Positions 1 to 7,610 of a DNA stretch of 49,900 nt are shown one piece after another. Location: contig JADLCC010000231.1 in assembly GCA_020847425.1 (NCBI GenBank), forward strand, positions 1 to 49,900, read 5' to 3'. The stretch's first letter is position 1. Every line of letters begins with the position of its first letter. The DNA comes from Saprospiraceae bacterium. GTDB lineage: Bacteria; Bacteroidota; Bacteroidia; Chitinophagales; Saprospiraceae. A program made the translations under genes and the position numbers. Below the pieces are notes generated by a model, which had not been told where the DNA came from, did no database searches, and worked only from the letters and a program-made list of their open reading frames with translations.

Positions 1-94
1 CAGGATTTTGTGCTGTGACAAGGCTGTTTTGAGGAGCAATGCGTGGGTATTGTAACGAAAAACAAACGCAGTTACAGTGCAAAAGGCAAAGTCC

Positions 95-152
95 ATAACT
101 CAAACTAATATCGACTTGGTACTTAGTTACAATCAGTTTGAGTTATTTTTTA
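95..152 (+). terminator. Hairpin plus T-run (candidate intrinsic terminator of a gene upstream of the window)
   Basis: ATAACTCAAACT (95-106) is perfectly complementary to AGTTTGAGTTAT (135-146) and is followed by TTTTTT. Confidence 0.45.
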
Positions 153-175
153 TACAAATACTTGAGTATCAAGCC

Positions 176-203
176 GGATAACTAATAACGGATAACTGAT
201 AAC
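176..203 (+). repeat. Tandem 14-nt direct repeat GGATAACT(A/G)ATAAC x2
   Basis: Positions 176-189 and 190-203 differ at one position. Lies ~35 nt upstream of the hemC -7 box. Confidence 0.7.
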
Positions 204-235
204 TACTTATCAATGGGTAAAAGTACAAAAAGCCC

Positions 236-243
236 TACTTTTG
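236..243 (+). promoter_or_regulatory. Bacteroidota -7 promoter box TACTTTTG (TAnnTTTG)
   Basis: Exact TAnnTTTG match, 4 nt upstream of the hemC ATG. Confidence 0.5.
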
Positions 244-247
244 CAGG

Positions 248-1126
248 ATGCTAAAAATTGGTACACGCGGCAGCAAACTTGCGCTTTGGCAAGCGGATTT
301 TACCCGCTCCGAACTCGCCGGCATCGGGGTGGAAAGCGAACTGGTCATTATCAAAACACAGGGCGACCTCGTGCAACACCTCGGTTTTGACAAACTGGAA
401 GGCAAAGGTTTTTTTACCAAAGAAATCGAAGATGCACTCCTGCGCGGCGATATTGACCTGGCTGTACATTCCATGAAAGACCTGCCGACCAGTCCGCCGG
501 AAGGCCTGGTCATCACGGCTGTGTCATACCGCGACAACCCGGCCGACTGGTTGATCATACGCAAGGAAGCCGTCGATACTACACAGGTGTTCAAAATGAA
601 ACAGGGCGCCGTGGTAGGTACTTCCGCCAACCGCCGCAAAGCGCAACTGATCGACTTCCGCCCGGATGTACAACTGAAAGATATTCGCGGCAATGTGCCG
701 ACACGCCTGGAAAAACTGCGTTCCGGCGATTTCGACGCTATTTTTCTGGCCGCTGCCGGTGTGAGCCGCCTGGGGCTCGATCTTACGGATTTTTTACTGG
801 TCGAACTCAATCCCCGCGAGTTTGTTCCGGCCCCCGCACAAGGGGTACTGGCCTGGCAAACCAACCGCGACGATACGGCTACCCGCCTGATTTTGAGGCG
901 ATTACACCACTCGGAAATATCGGCCTGCACCAATGTTGAAAGAAAAGTATTACAACTGATGAGCGGTGGCTGCCAACTACCGCTGGGTGTCCACTGCGAA
1001 CGCGACGCAGCCGGCAATTACCACGCCTTTGCCGCCTGCGAAGTGGGTGGAACCATGCGGCGCGCCCGGGTTTCTTCGAGCACCAGCGCGGGCGTGGCGG
1101 AGCAATTGATTGAGCTGCTGAAATAA
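248..1126 (+). CDS. hemC: Hydroxymethylbilane synthase (porphobilinogen deaminase)
   Basis: 292-aa ORF with motifs GTRGSKLALWQ, KGFFTKEIEDALL..DLAVHSMKDLP, VGTSANRRKAQL, RGNVPTRLEKL, DAIFLAAAGVSRLGL and the cofactor-Cys region GGCQLPLG, typical of HemC. Confidence 0.95.
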   Translation: MLKIGTRGSKLALWQADFTRSELAGIGVESELVIIKTQGDLVQHLGFDKLEGKGFFTKEIEDALLRGDIDLAVHSMKDLPTSPPEGLVITAVSYRDNPADWLIIRKEAVDTTQVFKMKQGAVVGTSANRRKAQLIDFRPDVQLKDIRGNVPTRLEKLRSGDFDAIFLAAAGVSRLGLDLTDFLLVELNPREFVPAPAQGVLAWQTNRDDTATRLILRRLHHSEISACTNVERKVLQLMSGGCQLPLGVHCERDAAGNYHAFAACEVGGTMRRARVSSSTSAGVAEQLIELLK

Positions 1127-1137
1127 AGGGAACATTG

Positions 1138-2280
1138 CTAATCCACCTGAATCGTCAGATCATTGGTCGATCCCACCCGCACAATCTTGTAGTTTTTGCC
1201 ATAAACAGGCGCATAACCATCATCCCAACTCCAGGCGCCTGAAGTCGCTTGCTCCCAGATAGCGAGCGCATTCGCACTGGTGAGGGCCGGTACCGACAGG
1301 CTTTCGCCCGGTTTCAGGGTATGATAAATACCGGCCAGCAGGAATGTGATGTTGGAGTTGTAGCCCGTTGCAGCATGGCGGATACGCATGCGGTTGGAGG
1401 AATACATCAGGCTGACAAATGACTTGTCGGCCGAAGACAACTGGGTGTTCCAGCCGATCGAATAGCCGTTGGTGGTCAGCGTAGCCGATACGGGATATTC
1501 CATAATCGAACTGGCGTCGAAATTGGTGTATTGCGAGGATTCGGTAGTGTTTTTATTCAGCACCTGCTGGTTCACCTCTTCCTGCGTCCAGTCCTGCTGC
1601 GCGTAATACGCGTACACAGCACTGGTTTTCCAGGGAATGCTGGAGAGTGGTTGCTGGTGTTCGTGCCGCAAGCCCAGCACATGGCCGAATTCGTGCAAGG
1701 CCACGCGGCGAATTTCCGTGTTGGAAGTCTGGTCGGTCAATTGCAGCCCCATGGTTTCGTCGCAGGCGTCGATGCTGCTATTGTCGGTGCCGATATACGA
1801 CCAGTGGCCGTCTTCGCCGAACAAAATCCGCACTTCAGAGGCGCCGGAAGTTACTTTGCTGAAATGCACATTCGCGTAATTTCCCCATTCCTGTGCGCAG
1901 GCAAATACCTTTTGTTGCAAGGTAGTGCTGCCGTTCAAAAACCGCACGCGAATCGTGGCGCCTGGCGTCCAAAACCGCCCTTTTAGGCCCGAAGCGCGCT
2001 CGTCGAGGCCGTGGCCGGTTTCCAAGGGCGCTTTGCTGAGGCAGGTATTGGTTTGAATGTCAGCGATTTCTGCCGGGCTGAAATATTCCAGCAGGCGCAT
2101 GTTTTTTTCCTGCCGGGTGGCGTCCATTTCTGCCAGGTGTGCCGTCAGGGAAGGACAAGCGTCAGCGGCAACTTCCGTTTCCGCACTGTCTTCCGCAAAC
2201 AAGGCTTTATCACAGGCGGAGAACAGCAGCAGGCTGGAGCCGGCTAAAAGGATGAAAGCGGGAAAACGCGGCGTTATCAT
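1138..2280 (-). CDS. Astacin-like metzincin zinc metalloprotease, lipoprotein
   Basis: ORF 1138..2388 trimmed to the ATG at 2280, which gives lipoprotein signal MITPRFPAFILLAGSSLLLFSAC. Zinc motif HEFGHVLGLRHEH (HExxHxxGxxHE) and Met-turn-like SIMEY. Confidence 0.75.
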   Translation of the reverse strand: MITPRFPAFILLAGSSLLLFSACDKALFAEDSAETEVAADACPSLTAHLAEMDATRQEKNMRLLEYFSPAEIADIQTNTCLSKAPLETGHGLDERASGLKGRFWTPGATIRVRFLNGSTTLQQKVFACAQEWGNYANVHFSKVTSGASEVRILFGEDGHWSYIGTDNSSIDACDETMGLQLTDQTSNTEIRRVALHEFGHVLGLRHEHQQPLSSIPWKTSAVYAYYAQQDWTQEEVNQQVLNKNTTESSQYTNFDASSIMEYPVSATLTTNGYSIGWNTQLSSADKSFVSLMYSSNRMRIRHAATGYNSNITFLLAGIYHTLKPGESLSVPALTSANALAIWEQATSGAWSWDDGYAPVYGKNYKIVRVGSTNDLTIQVD

Positions 2281-2472
2281 GATTTTTTTATTAAAAAATG
2301 GCGTAAAAAAAGGACAGGAGCATAACGAAGCCGACTTATTCTTCTCGTGTGAAGATGAACCGTTTTTAGATTTATTTAAGAAATTCAAATAAAAACGAGG
2401 TTACCAGTTTTGCATTTGAGTAATTTAATATAGACATACAAATTTTTGCTTGACAACTTGACAAGTTTACTA

Positions 2473-2480
2473 TATTTTTG
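2473..2480 (+). promoter_or_regulatory. -7 promoter box TATTTTTG
   Basis: Exact TAnnTTTG match, 11 nt upstream of the antitoxin ATG and preceded by TTGACAACTTGACAAG. Confidence 0.45.
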
Positions 2481-2491
2481 CAGAAAAAAAC

Positions 2492-2728
2492 ATGAAGACT
2501 TTCAGCATCGGCGATCTAAAAACTAATTTTTCACAAATTCTGGAGTGGGTACGTGCAGGAGAGGAAGTTGCTATTGCCTTTGGCAAGAAAAAAGAAATTG
2601 TAGCCTATCTGGTACCACGCTCTTCCCGCCCTCAAAAAAAACGACCACTCGGGCTATTGGCTGGAAAAGCAACTGCTGTGTTTCATGATGATTTCAAGAT
2701 GACAGAAGAAGAGTTTATTGGCCTATGA
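2492..2728 (+). CDS. Type II antitoxin (Phd/YefM-like, partner of PIN toxin)
   Basis: 78-aa ORF with N-terminus MKTFSIGDLKTNFSQILEWV, as in Phd/YefM-type antitoxins. Its stop overlaps the downstream PIN gene start by 4 nt (ATGA). Confidence 0.75.
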   Translation: MKTFSIGDLKTNFSQILEWVRAGEEVAIAFGKKKEIVAYLVPRSSRPQKKRPLGLLAGKATAVFHDDFKMTEEEFIGL

Positions 2729-3123
2729 CTTATTTGCTTGATACCCATACCCTTTTGTGGTCAGTCATGGAACCGACCAAATTATCGACCAAAGTCAGTC
2801 AAATTATTGAAGACCCGGAACAGCGTATTATGGTAAGCACGATCAGTTTTTGGGAAATCTCGTTGAAATACGCTTTGGGTAAATTGGAATTAGCACATGT
2901 ACTACCCAGTGACCTTCCTATCATTTGCGAGGAAATGAATATTGAAACATTGCCATTAGATGCTGAGCAATGCGCTACTTATTACCAATTGACAAAAATG
3001 TACCACAAGGATCCGTTTGACAGGATGCTCATTTGGCAAGCCAAAATCTTGGATATCCCGATTTTGAGCAAAGATGAACAAATAAAACTATATGAATCCG
3101 AAGGCATCTCCGTAATCTGGTAA
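2725..3123 (+). CDS. vapC: PIN-domain toxin, VapC family
   Basis: 132 aa. Acidic PIN signature LLDTHTLLW at the N-terminus and DPFDRMLIWQA near the C-terminus. Translationally coupled to the upstream antitoxin. Confidence 0.85.
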   Translation: MTYLLDTHTLLWSVMEPTKLSTKVSQIIEDPEQRIMVSTISFWEISLKYALGKLELAHVLPSDLPIICEEMNIETLPLDAEQCATYYQLTKMYHKDPFDRMLIWQAKILDIPILSKDEQIKLYESEGISVIW

Positions 3124-3152
3124 CGATAGTATTGAGAAACATCTAAAGACCC

Positions 3153-3160
3153 TACCTTTG
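3153..3160 (+). promoter_or_regulatory. -7 promoter box TACCTTTG
   Basis: Exact TAnnTTTG match, 41 nt upstream of the ATG at 3202. Confidence 0.45.
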
Positions 3161-3201
3161 CAAAACAAGCGCAAATCCGCTTGTCCATTCGTGCTCTGAC
3201 C

Positions 3202-4203
3202 ATGAAAGTTGTGATTCCTGTTGCCGGCGCCGGCATGCGCCTTCGCCCACACACCTACACCCAACCCAAGCCCTTGATGCCGGTGGCAGGGAAACCCATT
3301 ATCCGGTTTATCGTCGACAAACTGGTGGAGGTTGGGCTCACCGATTTTGTATTCGTCATCGGATACCTGGGGGAAAAAATCCGCGATTTTATTGAGGCGA
3401 CGTACCCCGACCTGCAAACCGAATTTGTGTACCAGGAAGACCGCGCAGGTTCTGCACATGCCATCATTACGGCCCGGGAAGCCATAGAAGACGAAGACGA
3501 GATCATTATCGCTTTCGGCGACACGATTTTTGATGTGGACCTGCACCAGTTTCTCAACTGCCCGCACTCCTGTCTGGGCGTAAAAAAAGTACTGGACCCG
3601 CGCGAATTCGGGGTAGCCGAACTCGACGCCAACGATATGGTAACCCGCATGGTGGAAAAACCGCGGATTCCCAAGTCCAATATGGCTATCGTTGGCTTGT
3701 ATAAAGTGAAACAGGTGTCGGCGCTGCTGAAATCCATCGATTATCTGATTCAGAACGATATCCGCACGGTGGGCGAATACCAGCTCACCGACGCCTTGCA
3801 GCGACTGATCGAACAAGACATCCCGTTTCAGTCGATCACGGTACAAAACTGGTTCGACTGCGGGCGAAAGGAAGTGCTGCTGGAAACCAATGCCATGCTG
3901 CTGGATCAGCGCGGCTATGCCAGCGATATGTTCAATATCCCGGAGTTTGAAAACGTCATTTTTATCCATCCCGTGGCCATTGGCGCCAATTGCCATATTG
4001 CCAACAGCATCATCGGGCCGCACGTGTCTATCGGCGACAATGCCAATATCCAGCATTCGATCGTCAACGACAGCATCATCGGCAATTTTACCTCGCTAGA
4101 AGAAGTGGTGCTCAAACGCTCGGTAATCGGCAGCGATACCAGCATACGGGGCATTAATATGAGCCTGAATATTGGGGATAATACGGAGATTGATTTTCAT
4201 TGA
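3202..4203 (+). CDS. Sugar-1-phosphate nucleotidylyltransferase with C-terminal left-handed beta-helix
   Basis: Start moved to the ATG at 3202 (MKVVIPVAGAGMRLRP, a GxGxR nucleotide-binding loop). The C-terminal third has hexapeptide-like repeats (IGANCHIANSIIGPHVSIGDNANI...). Confidence 0.8.
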   Translation: MKVVIPVAGAGMRLRPHTYTQPKPLMPVAGKPIIRFIVDKLVEVGLTDFVFVIGYLGEKIRDFIEATYPDLQTEFVYQEDRAGSAHAIITAREAIEDEDEIIIAFGDTIFDVDLHQFLNCPHSCLGVKKVLDPREFGVAELDANDMVTRMVEKPRIPKSNMAIVGLYKVKQVSALLKSIDYLIQNDIRTVGEYQLTDALQRLIEQDIPFQSITVQNWFDCGRKEVLLETNAMLLDQRGYASDMFNIPEFENVIFIHPVAIGANCHIANSIIGPHVSIGDNANIQHSIVNDSIIGNFTSLEEVVLKRSVIGSDTSIRGINMSLNIGDNTEIDFH

Positions 4204-4210
4204 ATATATT

Positions 4211-4310
4211 GTTGAGGGTTGAGGGGTTGAGATTGTTGAGGGTGATAACTCACGGCCTTTAAGTTACAGCCCTCAACAATCTCAACACCTCAACGTCTCA
4301 ACCCTCAACA
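4211..4310. repeat. Word-arm hairpin, family A (GTTGAGG units), copy 1
   Basis: Left arm GTTGAGGGTTGAGGGGTTGAGATTGTTGAGGGTG. Right arm CCCTCAACAATCTCAACACCTCAACGTCTCAACCCTCAAC. Starts 8 nt after the stop at 4203. Confidence 0.85.
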
Positions 4311-4451
4311 ACAAGTTTAATCAGCCTCCTCAAACATAATTTCTCCCCCATATTCTCGTTTCTGGAAAAAATACATTTTACAAACAACCTTTTTGCCCAA
4401 AACTGCGCCTTTGCTGATGGTTTGGCAGTTGTTGTTACCGTCAAAGCAAAT

Positions 4452-4459
4452 TAGTTTTG
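4452..4459 (+). promoter_or_regulatory. -7 promoter box TAGTTTTG
   Basis: Exact TAnnTTTG match, ~118 nt upstream of the TPR lipoprotein ATG. Confidence 0.3.
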
Positions 4460-4576
4460 AATAAACGATCGGTTGGATGGCCTGAAAGCAAAGACCTTCA
4501 AACCATCCAACTTTCAAACCATCAAACCATTATCATTCAGGATTCATCACAACAATCAGGCGAATCAGCGTATAGC

Positions 4577-7429
4577 ATGAAAAATTTTTGGAAAATATCG
4601 GCAGTTTTAAGTGTAGTACTGCTGGCCGGATGTGTTACACAAAAGAAAAAAGGAGCCGAACCGGGCTGGTTCAAAAAAGGTTACCACAACGTCACATCCA
4701 AATACAATTATTGGTTCAATGCCGATGAATTGTTCCGGCTCACCGAGACCAGACTGGCCTCCGAGCACAAGGATAATTACAACCAGATCCTGGAAGTGTA
4801 TCCTTCCGCTGCCACCGACCCGCAATCGGCGCGCGGCGACCTCGACAATGTGATCCTGAAAGCCTCCAAAGGTATTGCCCTGCACCGCGTCAGCGATTTT
4901 GCCGACGACTGTTACACCCTGATCGGACAGTCGCAATTCATGAAACGTGACTTTGAAACCGCAGAAGCGACTTTCAAATACATCAAAGACGAATACGACC
5001 CCAAGAAAAAAAGCAAAAGCAAACTGAAGTCGGCCAAAAAGAAAAAAGACAGCGGGAAAAAGAAAAAACTGACCAAGAAGCAGAAGAAAAAAGCAGCGAA
5101 AAAAAGGAAAAAAGCAGCCGAACAGAAACGAAAAGAAGCGGCGAAAAACAAAAAACTGGGTAAAACCACCACCACTACACCCGTCAAACCCGCCGAAACG
5201 CCCAAACCTGTCGTGGAAGAACTCACGCTGTCGGCCGACAACCCTTACACCAAGGGCCTGGAACGCACTTCCGCCTATCCGCTTGCCATGATCTGGTACG
5301 GCCGCACCCTCACCGAACGAGACAAGTACGACGAGGCAGAATTCCTGTTCCGCAGCCTCTGGGAAGACCGCTTTTTCCCAGTGTCCATGCAAGATGAACT
5401 CTCCACCGCCGAAGCATACCTGTGGATCAAACAAAAACGCTACGACAAAGCCATCGATCCTTTGTCAAAAGCCATCGCAGGTACCCGGAAGAAAAGCACC
5501 CGGGCCCGACTGGCCTATATCCTGGCTCAACTGTACGAGCGCTCCGGACAAAACGACGGCGCCTATGCCGCCCTGGAAACGGTGCTGAACAGCGCACCGA
5601 ATTATGAAATGGAATTTAATGCCCGCCTCCACCAGATCGAGGCCGGATGGGCCAATGGAAAAATCGCCGCCGCCGATGCCAACAAGAGCCTCGAACGTAT
5701 GTTGAAGGATGATAAAAACCTCGACTACCGCGATCAGATCTATTACACCATGGCCAGTATCGCGCTGAAAGACGGGCTGAAAAAAGATGCCATCGCTCTC
5801 CTGCGCAAGTCGCTCGATTTCAACCAGTCCAACACCGTACAACGGGCCGAATCATACCTGAAACTGGCCAACCTGTATTTTGAATCCGAAAACTTCGTGC
5901 AGGCCAAAAACTACTACGACAGTACCCTGACGGTATTGCCGCCGACCGACGAACGGTTCAAAACGGTAACGGACTACGCCACCAACCTCAAAGACATCTC
6001 GCGCCTGATACAAACCATTGCTGCCAATGACAGCATCGTGCGTATCTACCGCATGTCCGACGACGAACGCAAGGAATTCGGGAAAAACCTCAAAAAACAA
6101 CGCCAGGCTGAAGCACTGGCCGCCGCCAACGCGCTCGCCAGTAAAGCCCCGGCCGCCCCGACCACTTCCAAAGCGCCAACGCCGGTTGCCGGCGCCAAAG
6201 CCAGCACCTTCTATTTTTACAACGAATCCTTCCTCAAAAAAGGCCGCAAAGACTTCAGCCGTACCTGGGGCGAACGCAAACTGGAAGACAACTGGAGGAG
6301 AAGTGTCCGACCGGTCACCGGTTTACCCGGCGAAGACGTAGCCGGGATAGACAGCGCCCAAACCAATACCGTGAGCGATGCCGAACTGACGGACATGTTT
6401 AAAAACCTGCCCACCAGTGAAGCGGAACTGGCTGTGTTGCACATCGCTACCTATGAAGCCATGTACCAATTGGGCACTTTGTTCCGCGACCGCCTGCAAA
6501 ACAACCAGCGCAGCACCAGCACACTGGAAGAAATGCAAACCCGATACCCGGAAACCGATCGTTACGAAAAAGAGGCCTGGTACTATTGCTACCTCGGTTT
6601 TTCCGACCTGAAAAATCCCGCCCGCGCCCAGTATTACCTCGACAAACTGGTGGCCAAATACCCCAACAGTTCCTATGCCCGGGCGCTCACCGATCCGAAT
6701 TTCAGGAATTCCACCAAGGAAAAGGAAAACGAACTCAACAAATACTACGAGCAGACGTACAATACTTTCCAGTCGGGCAATTACAAGGATGCCTTTGACC
6801 TGTGTATCGAGGCGCCCAAAAAATATGGCTCACAGAACGTGCTGATGGCCAAATTCGCTTTGCTCAGCGCCCTCTGCGTCGGCAATTTGCAGGGCAACGA
6901 AGCCTACTGCAAAGCGCTCTCGGAAGTGATCGCCCGCTTCCCGGACAGCCCGGAATCGACCCGCGCCAAAGAAATTGCGCGGGTGATCAGTTGCAAAGGA
7001 TTTGAAGTGGCGGAAGCACCCAAAAAGCCGGAAAAAACGCCCATCGACGACTCCTTCACCCGCGAAGACGACAAATTGCACTATTTCCTGGTGGCCATTA
7101 CCGGCGACGTGCGCATCGACGATATCAAGGCGGCGATTTCGGACTACAACCGCGAAAACCACAAACTGGAACAGTTGCGCATCTCCAATATTTTCCTGGG
7201 CACCGACACCAACGAGCCGATCATCGTGATCCGGAAATTCGACAGCAAGGAACAGTCCATGCGCTTTTACACTGAAGTGAGCAAACAGAAAGACTTCCTG
7301 GGGGAAACGGACAAAAAAACGTATAAAAAAGAGTTTTTCGCCATCACACAGGAGAATTACCGCCGGGTGCTGAAAAACAAAACGCTGGAAGGATACCGGC
7401 AGTTTTTTGGGGAGAATTATTTGAAGTAA
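4577..7429 (+). CDS. TPR-repeat outer-membrane lipoprotein, possibly PorW/SprE-like T9SS component
   Basis: Start moved to the ATG at 4577 (MKNFWKISAVLSVVLLAGC lipobox). N-terminal YHNVTSKYNYWFN resembles my recollection of SprE/PorW N-termini. Multiple TPR-like helices and a Lys-rich disordered insert. The specific PorW/SprE assignment is inference. Confidence 0.6.
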   Translation: MKNFWKISAVLSVVLLAGCVTQKKKGAEPGWFKKGYHNVTSKYNYWFNADELFRLTETRLASEHKDNYNQILEVYPSAATDPQSARGDLDNVILKASKGIALHRVSDFADDCYTLIGQSQFMKRDFETAEATFKYIKDEYDPKKKSKSKLKSAKKKKDSGKKKKLTKKQKKKAAKKRKKAAEQKRKEAAKNKKLGKTTTTTPVKPAETPKPVVEELTLSADNPYTKGLERTSAYPLAMIWYGRTLTERDKYDEAEFLFRSLWEDRFFPVSMQDELSTAEAYLWIKQKRYDKAIDPLSKAIAGTRKKSTRARLAYILAQLYERSGQNDGAYAALETVLNSAPNYEMEFNARLHQIEAGWANGKIAAADANKSLERMLKDDKNLDYRDQIYYTMASIALKDGLKKDAIALLRKSLDFNQSNTVQRAESYLKLANLYFESENFVQAKNYYDSTLTVLPPTDERFKTVTDYATNLKDISRLIQTIAANDSIVRIYRMSDDERKEFGKNLKKQRQAEALAAANALASKAPAAPTTSKAPTPVAGAKASTFYFYNESFLKKGRKDFSRTWGERKLEDNWRRSVRPVTGLPGEDVAGIDSAQTNTVSDAELTDMFKNLPTSEAELAVLHIATYEAMYQLGTLFRDRLQNNQRSTSTLEEMQTRYPETDRYEKEAWYYCYLGFSDLKNPARAQYYLDKLVAKYPNSSYARALTDPNFRNSTKEKENELNKYYEQTYNTFQSGNYKDAFDLCIEAPKKYGSQNVLMAKFALLSALCVGNLQGNEAYCKALSEVIARFPDSPESTRAKEIARVISCKGFEVAEAPKKPEKTPIDDSFTREDDKLHYFLVAITGDVRIDDIKAAISDYNRENHKLEQLRISNIFLGTDTNEPIIVIRKFDSKEQSMRFYTEVSKQKDFLGETDKKTYKKEFFAITQENYRRVLKNKTLEGYRQFFGENYLK
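5003..5160 (+). repeat. Polypurine, A-run-rich tract encoding a Lys-rich low-complexity linker
   Basis: Encodes KKKSKSKLKSAKKKKDSGKKKKLTKKQKKKAAKKRKKAAEQKRKEAAKNKK, with several A6-A8 runs. Confidence 0.9.
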
Positions 7430-7450
7430 TACCCGGTCCACCCAGAATAT

Positions 7451-7552
7451 TGGGACACAGATAACACAGATTTGGCTTTGCCAAAACACAGATTTTTACA
7501 GATTTGCCAAAATCCGTTTCATCTGTGTCCCATCTGTGTCATCTGTGTCCCA
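7451..7552. repeat. Word-arm hairpin, family D (CACAGAT units)
   Basis: TGGGACACAGATAACACAGAT...CACAGAT...TACAGAT is opposed by ATCTGTGTCCCATCTGTGTCATCTGTGTCCCA. Confidence 0.8.
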
Positions 7553-7610
7553 TTTTTATTGCGCCACAATCTCTCCCCCGTTTTAACGTTTTTTACCCCA
7601 AAAATCAGTT

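Noticed and set aside
235-1017. Antisense or alternative-frame ORFs overlapping well-supported genes. Examples: 235-1017, 3088-4056, 7605-8927, 19166-20086, 40491-41306, 42433-43137, 43219-43854, 46364-47128, 48189-49298.
   Set aside because: Each is fully nested in a gene with clear family motifs on the other strand or frame. Compositions are Arg/Ser/Pro/Gly-rich and no start context or motif supports them.
4211-4244. G-quadruplex potential of the GTTGAGG arrays.
   Set aside because: Only three G3+ runs occur per arm. The complementary arm favours duplex or hairpin formation instead.
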